Shown here: positions 8,368-18,507 of the stretch, one piece after another
Numbering within the stretch: position 1 is the stretch's first letter
Layout of the letters: each line of letters begins with the position of its first letter
Origin: Verrucomicrobiota bacterium
GTDB lineage: Bacteria > Verrucomicrobiota > Verrucomicrobiia > Limisphaerales > CANJSG01
NCBI GenBank assembly: GCA_038209745.1
Contig: JBBQXJ010000069.1
Coordinates: 1 to 25,798, forward strand
DNA: 25,798 nt
Reading direction: 5' to 3'
Notes under the pieces: model-generated
Seen by the model: the letters and a program-made list of their open reading frames with translations, nothing else
Databases searched by the model: none
Told to the model about the DNA's origin: nothing
Made by a program: the position numbers and the translations under genes

Positions 8368-9630
8368 ATGAACGCAGATTTTGTAGCCGTTCTCGATTAT
8401 TGGGAACGGGAGAAAGGCATCAGCCGCGATGTGCTAATCGGTGCGGTGCATGAAGCGCTGGTCTCGGCCGCCAAGAAGGCGGTCGGTCCGGCGCGTGAAC
8501 TCCGTTGTTCCATCGATCCGAAGACGGGTGACATAAAAGCGTTCGCCAAGTTGATCGTCGCGGAGAAAGTGCTGTTCAAGCACGATCAGATTTCGATCTT
8601 TGACGCGAAACGCATCAAAGCCGACGCGCAGTTGGGTGAAGAGCTTGAAATTGAGGTCACTCCGCAGGGCTTTGGGCGGATTGCTTCGCAATATGCGAAA
8701 CAATCCCTGCTTCAGCATATCCGCCGTGCTGAGAAGGCCCTGATCTTCACCGAGTTCAAAGATCGAGTGGGAGACATCGTCAGTGGTGTTGTTCGACGTT
8801 TCGAGCGCTCGGACGTGAGTGTTGATCTTGGAAAGTTCGAAGCGTTGTTGCCCAATCGCGAGCGGGTTCCCACGGAGGAGTATCAGGTCGGCGAGCGAGT
8901 GCGTTGTTTTGTCAAGGCAGTGGAAAACGGCATCCACGGCCCCGAGATAATCCTTTCCCGAGCCGATCCACAGTTTGTCATCAAGCTCTTCCAGCTCGAG
9001 GTGTCCGAAATCGCGGACGGCACCATCGAGATCAAGGGTATCGCCCGGGAGCCCGGATTCAGAACCAAACTTGCTGTTTATACCCGAGACGAAAAGGTTG
9101 ATCCTGTCGGGGCTTGCGTTGGACTGCGTGGGCAGCGCGTTAAGAACATCGTCAAGGAATTGAACAACGAGAAGGTGGACATCATCAAGTGGTCCACAAA
9201 TGTGAAAGAATTCGTTGCCAATTCATTGTCTCCAGCAAGGCTTAAATCGTTCGATGTCGATGAGCAACGCCATCGGGTTAAAGTTTGGGTCGCCGAGGAT
9301 CAATTGTCCTTGGCTATCGGCAAGCGAGGGCAGAATGCCCGGTTGACTTCCAAGCTCACTGGTTGGCAGGTGGACATTGAAGCGGAGAAGGTCGTCAGTT
9401 ATGGATTTGATGAGAAAGTAGCCGAAGCCGTGTCCGAAATGGCCAATATCGAAGGCTTCAGCGGTGCCTTAGCCGACAAGCTTGTGCATCACGGATTCCT
9501 GAATTTCGAGATGCTTTCCGGTGCCGATCAGGAAGACCTCGAACAGTTTGAAGACATCAAGGCAGAAGCTCCCCGGATCATTGAGGCCATTCAGGCCGAA
9601 CTGGTGCGTCGGGAAGCAGGAGCCCAGTGA
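8368..9630 (+). CDS. nusA: Transcription termination/antitermination factor NusA
   Basis: FGRIASQYAKQ, S1 domain, KH motifs IAREPGFRTKLAV, DPVGACVGLRGQRV and SLAIGKRGQNARL; one C-terminal HhH-like extension. Confidence 0.98.
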   Translation: MNADFVAVLDYWEREKGISRDVLIGAVHEALVSAAKKAVGPARELRCSIDPKTGDIKAFAKLIVAEKVLFKHDQISIFDAKRIKADAQLGEELEIEVTPQGFGRIASQYAKQSLLQHIRRAEKALIFTEFKDRVGDIVSGVVRRFERSDVSVDLGKFEALLPNRERVPTEEYQVGERVRCFVKAVENGIHGPEIILSRADPQFVIKLFQLEVSEIADGTIEIKGIAREPGFRTKLAVYTRDEKVDPVGACVGLRGQRVKNIVKELNNEKVDIIKWSTNVKEFVANSLSPARLKSFDVDEQRHRVKVWVAEDQLSLAIGKRGQNARLTSKLTGWQVDIEAEKVVSYGFDEKVAEAVSEMANIEGFSGALADKLVHHGFLNFEMLSGADQEDLEQFEDIKAEAPRIIEAIQAELVRREAGAQ

Positions 9631-9685
9631 TTCGGTGGAGGAATCGGCCCAATACGCCCTGATCCTCGTGGAGTGACTATTTGCT

Positions 9686-12328
9686 ATGCCCGTTCGGATT
9701 TACGAAATCGCCAAACAGCTCGGAATTGAGAGCAAAGCCGTCTTGGCTAAAGCCAAGGACTTGGGTATTGCCGCTGCTAAGGTCCCCTCAAGCTCCCTCG
9801 ACAAGATCACTGCAGAGTATCTGGTCGAACAAATGGGCGGAAAGGCGGACACAGGGGAACCCACTCCGGAACCGGTGCCCCTTCCCGAGATCAAGGTGAT
9901 TTCGCAGTTGCCGCCCGAACCGATTCCAGAACCAGAGCCTCTCCCGGAGGTGGTTGAGGAGCCGACTGCGGAAACCGTTTCCTCTGTCGAATACGGTGCC
10001 CCGGCTTCCTCTACGGTTTCGGAGTCTGCCGAAACCGAGACTGCGCCCTTCACTGAGGGGATTGACGCTTCGCCCGCCACTCCTGAGTTGAAGCAGTCTG
10101 TGCATGAAGAATCCGCTCCGTCGGCTCTCGCAGACTCCGAAATGGCGCCTAATTCTGAGGCACCGAAGCCTGTTATTTCCAAACCTGCTCCTCCTGTGGG
10201 TCCGCGTTTAGGTGAAAAGGTTGGGTTTATCCAGCTTCCCACCCGTCCTGCGCCCCGGCCAGTTGAGCGCCCGAGTGAACAGCGGCCCCCTGATCGGAGT
10301 CGAGTCCAGCCGGGAGGACAGCCGGCTCAACGGCCTGGTCAGCGACCGGGTCAGGTCCAGCAAGTCCAGAGGCCCGGTCAGTTTCAGAGGGGCCCTGGTG
10401 GGCAATCTCAGGGACGCGGCGGAAACTTTGGGCGCAATGACCGAGGCGCTGCCGGTGGATGGCAGCGAGGCGGCGGTCAACCGGTTGCGCCTGCGGCTCC
10501 GAAAGTCGTCGATCCGCGGAACGCACTTCCGGCCGACGCGAAGGTCATCATTTTCAAGCCGCCCGTTACGGTCCGGGAGTTGGCCGAGCGCCTTGGACTC
10601 AAGCCGTTCCAGCTCATCGCTGACCTGATGGGCATAGGCGTGTTCGCCACTGTCACGCAGACCGTGGAAGAAAACGCGGCGATCAAAGTTTGTGCAAAGC
10701 ACGGGGTCAAGTTCGAGATCGAGAAGCGCGATAAGGGCGGCGGAGTCGTCCACTCCCAAGTGCAGGTCATCGAGCTGGATCAAGACGACAAGCCAGAATC
10801 TCTCAAGCCTCGCCCGCCCGTGGTCACCATCATGGGTCACGTCGACCACGGCAAGACCTCGCTTCTCGACGTTATCCGGAAAGCCAACGTCGTTGCCGGA
10901 GAAGCGGGTGGCATCACCCAGCACATTGGTGCCTACACCATTTCGTTCCCGCATCCGGAGAAGAAGCAGGAGCTACAACAGATCACCTTCCTCGACACCC
11001 CTGGTCACGCGGCTTTCAGCGCGATGCGTGCTCGTGGGGCGGACGTCACCGACATCGTGGTGCTCGTTGTCGCCGCAACCGACGGCGTAATGCCTCAAAC
11101 ACTTGAGGCGCTGAGCCATGCAAAGGCGGCCGGGGTTCCCGTGCTCGTCGCGGTGAACAAGTGCGACCATCCGAACGCCAATCCGCTCAAGGTTCGACAA
11201 CAGCTCCAAGACAAAGGTCTTGTGCCCGACGACTGGGGTGGGGACACGATCTACGTGGATTGTTCCGCTGTCACCAAGCAGGGCGTGGACAAGCTGCTCG
11301 AGATGATCATTCTCCAAGCAGATTTGTTGGAGCTGAAGGCCAATCCCGAGCGGAACGCCAAAGGAAATGTCATCGAGTCGGGTCTCGAACCCGGTGGTCC
11401 AACCGTGACGGTGCTCGTTCGCAAGGGAACATTGCGGGTGGGCGACGTGGTCATTTGCGACCATTTCTTTGGTAAGGTCCGGGCGCTGATCAGTGAAGAT
11501 GGCCAACGCCTCAAGGAGGCCGGTCCATCCCATGCGGTGAAAGTTCTCGGCTTGAACGGTGTTCCCGGCGCAGGTCTGGAATTCTCGGCAGTAGAAAATG
11601 AGAAGGCTGCCCGCAATCTCGCCGAAGAGCGTGAAATGGTGAACAAGGCCGGTGCGCTCGAATCCCGCGCCAAGGTTACGTTGGAGAATCTTTTCGCGAC
11701 CCTCGACGCCAATCAGGCAAAGGTTCTTCGTGTGGTCGTAAAAGCCGATACCCAGGGATCCCTCGAGGCGATCTGCGATGCGCTGAACAAGATCGATTCC
11801 ACCAAGGTCTCGCTCGACATCATCCATTCAGCCGTCGGCACAGTGACCGAATCCGACGTTTTGCTGTCGTCGGCCTCCAAGTGCATCGTCATCGGCTTCC
11901 ACACCCGTATCGACAACGGAGTCTCCGATGTCGCGAAGCGTGAAGGCGTGCAGATCAAGCTCTACTCCATCATCTACGAGCTGGTCGACGAGGTTCGCGA
12001 CGCGATGGCGGGACTGCTCGATCCAATCCTCAAGGAGACTGTGGTTGGTGCCGCGGAAGTCCGGAAGATCTTCGCCCTTTCGAAGGGCGGCAATGTGGCC
12101 GGCTGTGCTGTCACCATGGGCCGCATCGTCCGCGGAAAGGTTCGCGTGATGCGCCGCAAGAACCGGATCTACGAAGGAGTCACCCAGTCGCTCCGCCGTT
12201 TCCAGGACGAGGTCAACGAAGTTCGGGCCGGGATGGAATGCGGGATCCGTCTCGAAGGCTTCGACGATTTCCAGGAAGGCGATTCCATCGAGACCTACTC
12301 GGTGGAGAAGGTCGCACAGAAGCTGTAA
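9686..12328 (+). CDS. infB: Translation initiation factor IF-2
   Basis: [41 protein letters not shown] and NKCD G-domain motifs; long low-complexity N-terminal linker. Confidence 0.99.
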   Translation: MPVRIYEIAKQLGIESKAVLAKAKDLGIAAAKVPSSSLDKITAEYLVEQMGGKADTGEPTPEPVPLPEIKVISQLPPEPIPEPEPLPEVVEEPTAETVSSVEYGAPASSTVSESAETETAPFTEGIDASPATPELKQSVHEESAPSALADSEMAPNSEAPKPVISKPAPPVGPRLGEKVGFIQLPTRPAPRPVERPSEQRPPDRSRVQPGGQPAQRPGQRPGQVQQVQRPGQFQRGPGGQSQGRGGNFGRNDRGAAGGWQRGGGQPVAPAAPKVVDPRNALPADAKVIIFKPPVTVRELAERLGLKPFQLIADLMGIGVFATVTQTVEENAAIKVCAKHGVKFEIEKRDKGGGVVHSQVQVIELDQDDKPESLKPRPPVVTIMGHVDHGKTSLLDVIRKANVVAGEAGGITQHIGAYTISFPHPEKKQELQQITFLDTPGHAAFSAMRARGADVTDIVVLVVAATDGVMPQTLEALSHAKAAGVPVLVAVNKCDHPNANPLKVRQQLQDKGLVPDDWGGDTIYVDCSAVTKQGVDKLLEMIILQADLLELKANPERNAKGNVIESGLEPGGPTVTVLVRKGTLRVGDVVICDHFFGKVRALISEDGQRLKEAGPSHAVKVLGLNGVPGAGLEFSAVENEKAARNLAEEREMVNKAGALESRAKVTLENLFATLDANQAKVLRVVVKADTQGSLEAICDALNKIDSTKVSLDIIHSAVGTVTESDVLLSSASKCIVIGFHTRIDNGVSDVAKREGVQIKLYSIIYELVDEVRDAMAGLLDPILKETVVGAAEVRKIFALSKGGNVAGCAVTMGRIVRGKVRVMRRKNRIYEGVTQSLRRFQDEVNEVRAGMECGIRLEGFDDFQEGDSIETYSVEKVAQKL

Positions 12329-12420
12329 CCCCGGACCGGGGTTCCGGGTCTGGATTCGGTGACGAACCGTCTGCCGGATCCGGGCTTTCATCCCCGGGCC
12401 ACAGATTTCAGGACAACGCC

Positions 12421-12774
12421 ATGTCCCTCAGGACGGACCGAGTTGAAGAACTATTGAAGCGGGAGCTCAGCGAATTGATTCGCCGCGACATCCCTGTCGG
12501 AGAAGCCGGGCTTCTCAACGTCAATCTGGTGAAGATTTCCAAGGATCTCCAGCAGGCGACCGTGTTTGTCGGGATCTTGGGCAATGCGCAGCAGAAGCAG
12601 CGTGCCATGGCCATGTTGCAGGAGGGGAGACGCTCCATCCAGTCGCAGCTCGGACGGAACGTCGTTCTGCGCTACACGCCCCAGCTCAAATTCGTCATCG
12701 ACGAATCCATCGAGCGCGGCAATCGGGTCCTCGAAATCATGGAGGAACTCGACAAGCCCGATTCCAAACAATGA
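12421..12774 (+). CDS. rbfA: 30S ribosome-binding factor A
   Basis: MSLRTDRVEELLKRELSELI...SKDLQQATVFV...LRYTPQLKFVIDESIERGNRV; the ATG at 12421 is preferred over 12238. Confidence 0.96.
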   Translation: MSLRTDRVEELLKRELSELIRRDIPVGEAGLLNVNLVKISKDLQQATVFVGILGNAQQKQRAMAMLQEGRRSIQSQLGRNVVLRYTPQLKFVIDESIERGNRVLEIMEELDKPDSKQ

Positions 12775-13757
12775 AGTCCCTTCCGGAGAGTGTCGGACGC
12801 GTCCTTGATGCCGTCCGCCAGCACCAGAAATTTTGCGTTGTCGGGCATATCCGACCTGACGGCGACTGCATCGGTTCTCAGCTCGCCTTGACCCTCGCCC
12901 TCCACGCACTGGGCAAAGACGTGGTCTGTTGGAACCAGGATCCCGTTCCCACCAAGCTCAAGTTCCTCGATCCCGACCGCGTCGTGCAGCGTCCTAAATC
13001 CGGCCAGTTCTTCGACTGTGTGATCAGCGTGGACTGCGCCAGTTTCGAACGTCTGGGCACTGTCGGCGAGGCGATCGAAAAGCGAAGTTTGCTGGTCAAC
13101 ATCGACCACCACACCAGCAACACCCGCTTCGGCGATGTGAATTGGATCTCCGCCCAAGAGGCTTCCGCCGGCGAACTCGTCACCCAGCTCATCCGCAAAG
13201 CCGGTTGGACGATGACGTCGCAGATGGCCAATTGCCTCTTTGCGGCTGTCTCCACAGACACCGGATCGTTCCAGTATGCGAGTACTCGGCCGGCGACGTT
13301 CGAGACGGCCGCAGACTTGGTGGAGGCCGGGGCCGATCTCGGGCATATCTGCCATGAGGTCTACCATTCCCATCCGCTGTCGCGCGTCAGGTTGCTGCGG
13401 CATCTTTATTCCAACTTCAAGCTGACCGACGACGATCGGATCGCCTATTGCTGGCTGCGCAAGCGGGACTTTTCCCGCGCCGGAGCCGATCGCGAAGAGG
13501 CGGAGGGGCTCATCGACAAGATGCGGGAAATGGAGCCGGTGGTGGCGTGCTGCATCTTTGAAGAAGTCGAGCCGGATGTGACCCGGTTGAGCCTGCGCTC
13601 AAAGGACGACCGAATCGATGTCAACGCCGTGGCGGCGCTGTTCGCCGGCGGTGGCCATGAGTCGGCCGCCGGGGCCAGGGTGGAAGGGGTGTCCCAGCTC
13701 GCGGTCCAGCGCCGCGTGATTGCTGCGCTGCGCAAAGCAGTAAAAGGCATTCGCTGA
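12771..13757 (+). CDS. nrnA: DHH/DHHA1 bifunctional oligoribonuclease/pAp phosphatase
   Basis: GHIRPDGDCIGS, NIDHH, TDTGSF and GGGH motifs; ATGA overlap with rbfA; typical position between rbfA and truB. Confidence 0.9.
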   Translation: MKSLPESVGRVLDAVRQHQKFCVVGHIRPDGDCIGSQLALTLALHALGKDVVCWNQDPVPTKLKFLDPDRVVQRPKSGQFFDCVISVDCASFERLGTVGEAIEKRSLLVNIDHHTSNTRFGDVNWISAQEASAGELVTQLIRKAGWTMTSQMANCLFAAVSTDTGSFQYASTRPATFETAADLVEAGADLGHICHEVYHSHPLSRVRLLRHLYSNFKLTDDDRIAYCWLRKRDFSRAGADREEAEGLIDKMREMEPVVACCIFEEVEPDVTRLSLRSKDDRIDVNAVAALFAGGGHESAAGARVEGVSQLAVQRRVIAALRKAVKGIR

Positions 13758-13758
13758 A

Positions 13759-14484
13759 ATGGACGGTTTTGATCCATTCGACGGTGCGTTGCTCGTCGAC
13801 AAGCCTCCCGGGCTCACGTCGCACGACGTGGTCTATCGCATCCGCCGCGGCTTCCACTTCGACAAGGTCGGCCACTGCGGGACGCTTGATCCCGCTGCGA
13901 CCGGCCTCCTCATCATCGTCGTCGGCAAGGCCACCAAGCTTTCCGAAAAGATCATGGGTGGTGACAAGGTCTACGAGGGCTCGATCCGCTTCGGTGAGAC
14001 CACGGACAGCTACGATGGCGACGGCCAGTTGGTGGCCTCGATGCCGGTGTTGCCGATGACCGCCGAGGAGCTGGGCGCCGCCGCCGCCGAGTTCCAGGGC
14101 GATCTGATGCAGACCCCGCCGATGGTTTCGGCCGTGAAGATCAAAGGCGTGCCGCTCTACAAGATGGCCCGCAAAGGAATCGAGGTGGAACGCAAGGCCC
14201 GGCTGGTCCACGTCTTCGGCTTCAAGATCAACGGCTATAGCGAGCCGGACGCGCAGTTCCGCGTGGCCTGCACCAAGGGCACCTATATCCGAAGCCTGGC
14301 GCACGATCTTGGGCAGAAGATGGGTTGTGGTGCGCATCTTAAGAGCCTTCGGCGGACCGTTTCCGGCAAATACAACGTGGCCGACTCGCTTCCCTTGCAG
14401 ACCCTTCTGGAGATGCCTCTCAGCGACCTTGAGAAGCGCGTGATCCCGTTCCTCAAACTGGCCCAGAACGAGCAGGTGGTATGA
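13759..14484 (+). CDS. truB: tRNA pseudouridine(55) synthase, short form without PUA domain
   Basis: DKPPGLTSHDVV, GHCGTLDPAATG (catalytic Asp), PPMVSAVK and CTKGTYIRSLAHDLG. Confidence 0.97.
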   Translation: MDGFDPFDGALLVDKPPGLTSHDVVYRIRRGFHFDKVGHCGTLDPAATGLLIIVVGKATKLSEKIMGGDKVYEGSIRFGETTDSYDGDGQLVASMPVLPMTAEELGAAAAEFQGDLMQTPPMVSAVKIKGVPLYKMARKGIEVERKARLVHVFGFKINGYSEPDAQFRVACTKGTYIRSLAHDLGQKMGCGAHLKSLRRTVSGKYNVADSLPLQTLLEMPLSDLEKRVIPFLKLAQNEQVV

Positions 14485-14580
14485 CAGGGCAGCACGCACT
14501 GCAGGCCCGGCCTCGAACGGTCTTCACGACTAGGCTCATGCTCCTCACGGTTCGGCAGGTATTCTGACTCACTCCACGCC

Positions 14581-15504
14581 ATGCGCCGATTGACCGCTGC
14601 TGTCGAACTCAATGCCGGGGCCCCGGTCTGTGCGGCGATCGGGGTGTTCGACGGAGTGCATCAGGGGCATCGTGAGATCCTGCAACGGATCCAGGTCCAT
14701 GCGGCGGCGCGAGGGGGTGTCTCCCTCGTCATCACGTTTGACCGGCATCCCAACGCGGTCGTCGCCCCGGATCGTGCTCCCCTCATGATTTCGCCGCTGT
14801 CGCAGCGGCTGCGGCTCCTGGAAGCGGCCGGAATCGACGCGACGCTGGTGCTGCCGTTCGACGAAGCCTTGAGTCGTGTGCCCGGTGAAGACTTTGTCCG
14901 TGGCCTCAGTCGGGATCTCGCCACCCTGAGTTCGCTCACCGTGGGAGACGATTTTACCTTCGGCCACAAGCGCAGCGGCGACGTCCCGCTCCTGCGTCGT
15001 CTCGGTGAGGAACTAGGCTTCAACATCGAGACGGTAGGAGGGGTGGAACTCGACGGTGAACGTGTCAGCAGCACCCGCATCCGCGAGTTGATCCAGACCG
15101 GCGACCTTGCTGTGGCTGCACGGTTCCTGGGGCGCGGCTATTCGCTGGCCGGGAAAGTGGTGGAAGGCGATCGGTTGGGGCGGACGATTGGATTTCCGAC
15201 GGCGAATATCTGCGTTGCGGGTCTCGTGACACCGCCCATGGGCGTCTATGCGGGGCGAACTGCTGTTGAAGGGAAGATTTGGAAAGTGGCGCTCAATATC
15301 GGAGTCCGTCCGACGCTCGGCCACGCGACGTCCGTGGTGCGGGTTGAGGCGCACTTGATCGACTTCAAAGGGGAACTCGTCGGCCAGCAGCTGGAGATAG
15401 AAGTGGTGTCCCGACTGCGATCGGAAATGAAGTTTCCGGACCTGGCCGCCTTGAGCGCCCAGATCAGAGAGGATGTGGCGGCCGTCCGAAAACTGATTCC
15501 GTAG
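14581..15504 (+). CDS. ribF: Bifunctional riboflavin kinase/FAD synthetase
   Basis: GVFDGVHQGH, VSSTRIR, GRTIGFPTANI, NIGVRPT and EAHL motifs. Confidence 0.97.
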   Translation: MRRLTAAVELNAGAPVCAAIGVFDGVHQGHREILQRIQVHAAARGGVSLVITFDRHPNAVVAPDRAPLMISPLSQRLRLLEAAGIDATLVLPFDEALSRVPGEDFVRGLSRDLATLSSLTVGDDFTFGHKRSGDVPLLRRLGEELGFNIETVGGVELDGERVSSTRIRELIQTGDLAVAARFLGRGYSLAGKVVEGDRLGRTIGFPTANICVAGLVTPPMGVYAGRTAVEGKIWKVALNIGVRPTLGHATSVVRVEAHLIDFKGELVGQQLEIEVVSRLRSEMKFPDLAALSAQIREDVAAVRKLIP

Positions 15505-15527
15505 TCCTCCTTCGTTCTCAAATTTCC

Positions 15528-16364
15528 TCAATCTCCGTCCGCGACGGTCCACATGCCCTTGGGTGCCGACATGGTGCCCTTGCCGAAGGTGTCCTTGGCC
15601 TCCAGCACCTCGGAGTGGCCGTCGTGCATCAAGTAGTTGAAGCGGCCGCTGTGGAGCGCCTGGACTGCCTTCCCGTAGCTGTCCAGCTGGTCGGCCGGGC
15701 TGGCGACGTAGGCGGGCCAGACGTTGCCGACGATGTTGTTGTTCTTGGGATTTTCGGCCAACAGGATCGTCGAGGAGGGATTCTTCACCACCGTGGTCTT
15801 GACGCCGGCCGCGTCGTAGTCGGCCTTCGAGCCGTTCCGCATCCAATACATGACGCCGACGTTCATCTGGGGATTGCCGAGCGTGCCCTTGCTCCAGCCA
15901 CCGTCCATTTCTGGTCCGGAGATCATCGAGTAGCTCCGGCGCTGACCGTATTGCGCCCAAGCGATGGTGATCTCGTTCCGGTCGCTTGGGCAGCGAAGCA
16001 GCTTGGGCGTGTAGAAGCTGTCCATGATGCCGACGTCCAATTGATCCTGTGGCGCGCTGCCGCCGAGAGATCGGTTGATGAGGTCGTCCCACGACAATTG
16101 ATACTGGTAGTCGCCGGTGTAGTAGCCGGCGTAGGGATACATGTCGTTGCGATCGAGGGCGGCCAGGGACATGGCGATGCCGATCTGTTTTGTATTGGCC
16201 AAGCACTGGGTCCGGAGCGCCCTGGCCTTGGCGCGGCCGAGGGCCGGGAGAAGCATTCCGGCCAGGATCGCGATGATGGCGATGACGACCAGCAGCTCGA
16301 TCAGGGTGAACCCGTCGAGGGAGTGTGGCGGGCGGCGCTTCTGAAAATGGAGTCGTGGATTCAT
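15528..16364 (-). CDS. Prepilin-type N-terminal cleavage/methylation domain protein with C-terminal H-X9-DG motif (DUF1559-like)
   Basis: [41 protein letters not shown] and C-terminal [13 protein letters not shown]. Confidence 0.92.
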   Translation of the reverse strand: MNPRLHFQKRRPPHSLDGFTLIELLVVIAIIAILAGMLLPALGRAKARALRTQCLANTKQIGIAMSLAALDRNDMYPYAGYYTGDYQYQLSWDDLINRSLGGSAPQDQLDVGIMDSFYTPKLLRCPSDRNEITIAWAQYGQRRSYSMISGPEMDGGWSKGTLGNPQMNVGVMYWMRNGSKADYDAAGVKTTVVKNPSSTILLAENPKNNNIVGNVWPAYVASPADQLDSYGKAVQALHSGRFNYLMHDGHSEVLEAKDTFGKGTMSAPKGMWTVADGD

Positions 16365-16369
16365 GGTGC

Positions 16370-16666
16370 CTATTTGCGTTCCAGAACGACGTCCAAGCGC
16401 TTGGGGTGGATGGCGAACTTCTGTCCGGCCGGCGCTTCCGGAAGCTGCTTGATGTAGCCGGCCGCCACGACTTCATCGATGGACACCGGTATCTTCTGCT
16501 TCTCCGCCGCGTAACGCCGGACGGCGTGGGTCATCTCGGTCAACGCGGCGCCGGTCTCCGGGCTCTCGAAGACCGGAACGGGGGTTCCCGCGCGCGGATC
16601 GGACTTCTGGCCGCAGGCCATCAAGAGTCCGACGACAAGGAGCGCGAATAGATTCCGGGGATTCAC
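16370..16666 (-). CDS. Small lipoprotein with pseudopilin-head-like motif
   Basis: From the GTG at 16666: [21 protein letters not shown] (lipobox LMAC)...[43 protein letters not shown]; 98 aa, stop 5 bp before the prepilin start. The longer ORF-track start (16927) overlaps the divergent gene. Confidence 0.75.
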   Translation of the reverse strand: MNPRNLFALLVVGLLMACGQKSDPRAGTPVPVFESPETGAALTEMTHAVRRYAAEKQKIPVSIDEVVAAGYIKQLPEAPAGQKFAIHPKRLDVVLERK

Positions 16667-16827
16667 GTCATTAAAAGACCCGCTGGGGCCCGAGTCGGCA
16701 AGTCGCGTATGAAGACGACGCGCTTGCTCCGCACGGGTCCTCCGTCTCGGGTCGTTGCGAGTGGTCGGAAGCCGATGCCGGGGAATCTGTTGCCCGGTAT
16801 CGCATCGTTGTCCATGTTGCGTTCCCG

Positions 16828-17880
16828 ATGTCGGTCGTGATGAACAAGACTGCTTGGCGGCGGAAGCTGAAGGATCCGCTGACGGTGGCGCTTGCCCTAT
16901 CCTTGGGGCTGCATCTGGCGGCGGCATTGACCTGGGAGCTCGGCGACCGTCTCGATTGGTGGAGGCCGGGCCACCTGCCGAAGTGGGTGCAGGTCATCCA
17001 GCACCTAGGAACCGTCCCGCCCGAGCCGAAGCAGACCGCGGCTAAACAAGTGAATCGGGAGACGCTGATGACTTTCATCGAGGTGGATCCTTCGCTGGTG
17101 GCCGAACCGCCCAAGGAGGCGGAGCACTACGGCGCCGTCAGCACCCGGGCCGGAAACCAGAAGCCGGTCGACGCCGCCCAACCGAGACCGAAGATCGACG
17201 GGCGCGAGCAGCCGTTCGAAAAGACCACCGAGAACCGTCCGTTGACCAAGTCGGCCGAGGAGCCCTCCAAGGCGTTCCCCCTCCAGCCGGACTTCAAGGC
17301 TTCCCAATCGCCGGACAAAGCGTCCGAGAAGGCAAGCAAAGCCGGCGACCGGAAGGTGTTGGAGCAGGGGGAGACTCTCATGGCCAAGGCCGAGCCAAAG
17401 CCGAAGAGCGGAGCGACCTTTGGCGATCCGGGTGAAGGCCTCGCCGCCGAGAACCAGCAGCGCGCAAGACCCCGGACCCTGGCCGAGGCCGCAGCCCGCC
17501 GGGGCGGCGTTCCTGGTGAACGAACTCGGACGGAAGGCGGCGTGCTCAATGAATCTCCGATCGCGTTCAACGTGAAAGGAACTCCCTTTGGTGCCTACGA
17601 TGCCCGGTTCGTCGATGCCGTCCGAACGGCTTGGTATCAGGCCATGGGGACCCAGGTCACCGGCGGAGGCGGAGATGTCCAGGTGCGCTTCAATCTTCTG
17701 TCCGACGGTCGCATCGCCGATCTGGAGGTGGTCAGGACCAGTGTCGACCAGCTCCTCACCTACTATTGCCGCCGCGCCATTGAAATGCCGGCTCCGTTCG
17801 AGGAATGGCCGCCCGCGATGCGACGCGAGATCGGATCCAACAAGCGCGAGATCACTTTCACTTTCCACTACCTCCAATAG
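16828..17880 (+). CDS. TonB/TolA-family energy transducer
   Basis: N-terminal TM with S-x3-H (ALSLGLHL), a Pro/Lys/Glu-rich linker, and a C-terminal TonB/TolA-type domain (VQVRFNLLSDGRIADLEVVRTS...RAIEMPAPFEEWP); followed by exbB/exbD-like genes. Confidence 0.82.
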   Translation: MSVVMNKTAWRRKLKDPLTVALALSLGLHLAAALTWELGDRLDWWRPGHLPKWVQVIQHLGTVPPEPKQTAAKQVNRETLMTFIEVDPSLVAEPPKEAEHYGAVSTRAGNQKPVDAAQPRPKIDGREQPFEKTTENRPLTKSAEEPSKAFPLQPDFKASQSPDKASEKASKAGDRKVLEQGETLMAKAEPKPKSGATFGDPGEGLAAENQQRARPRTLAEAAARRGGVPGERTRTEGGVLNESPIAFNVKGTPFGAYDARFVDAVRTAWYQAMGTQVTGGGGDVQVRFNLLSDGRIADLEVVRTSVDQLLTYYCRRAIEMPAPFEEWPPAMRREIGSNKREITFTFHYLQ

Positions 17881-17902
17881 GCGTCGGACTGCAACTCATC
17901 GA

Positions 17903-18502
17903 ATGGAAACGTTCATCATCATCCTGCTCATTCTCACCTCCGTCGTCGGAGTGACCTTCATCGTCGAGCGCGCCCTGGCGCTGCGCCGCAGCCGTGTGCT
18001 CCCCGAGGTGGTTCTCTCCGCCGCCGGTGCCTGTCGCACGGAAGCCGAGCTGCCCGCGCTCCGCGCCGTGTGCGAAGAGAACCCTTCGCCGATCGGCCGG
18101 TTGTTGCTCTTCGCCGATGCGCATCGCGACTGGCCCAAGACCGACACCGCCAATGCCCTCCAGACCCGGGCCCGACAGGAGATCTCGGGTCTCCAGCGCG
18201 GTCTCGTCGTCATGGAGATCGTGATCGGAGTGGCTCCGCTCATGGGGCTCGTCGGCACCATCTACGGATTGATCATGCTGTTCGGCGCGATGGGCGCCGC
18301 GGCCGGGCCCGAGAGCGCGAAGTTCGCCGCCGGCATCGCCGTTGCCCTCAACGCCACGCTCTTCGGCCTGCTCGCCGCCATCCCGTCGCTCGTCGCGTGG
18401 AGCTACTTCAACCGCCGCGTCGAGACCTTCGCGATCGAGATGGAAAACGTGTGCGACGAGTTTCTTCGCCGGCACGGCGTCGACCCGGTTTCCACCCGCT
18501 GA
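17903..18502 (+). CDS. exbB: MotA/TolQ/ExbB proton channel protein
   Basis: APLMGLVGTIYGLI and GIAVALNATLFGLLAAIP motifs; start at ATG 17903 (METFIIILL). ExbB versus TolQ cannot be resolved by eye. Confidence 0.9.
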   Translation: METFIIILLILTSVVGVTFIVERALALRRSRVLPEVVLSAAGACRTEAELPALRAVCEENPSPIGRLLLFADAHRDWPKTDTANALQTRARQEISGLQRGLVVMEIVIGVAPLMGLVGTIYGLIMLFGAMGAAAGPESAKFAAGIAVALNATLFGLLAAIPSLVAWSYFNRRVETFAIEMENVCDEFLRRHGVDPVSTR

Positions 18503-18507
18503 AGGCC

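Noticed and set aside
14485..14580. Possible FMN riboswitch before ribF
   Set aside because: The 96-nt spacer is too short and lacks the conserved RFN sequence motifs.
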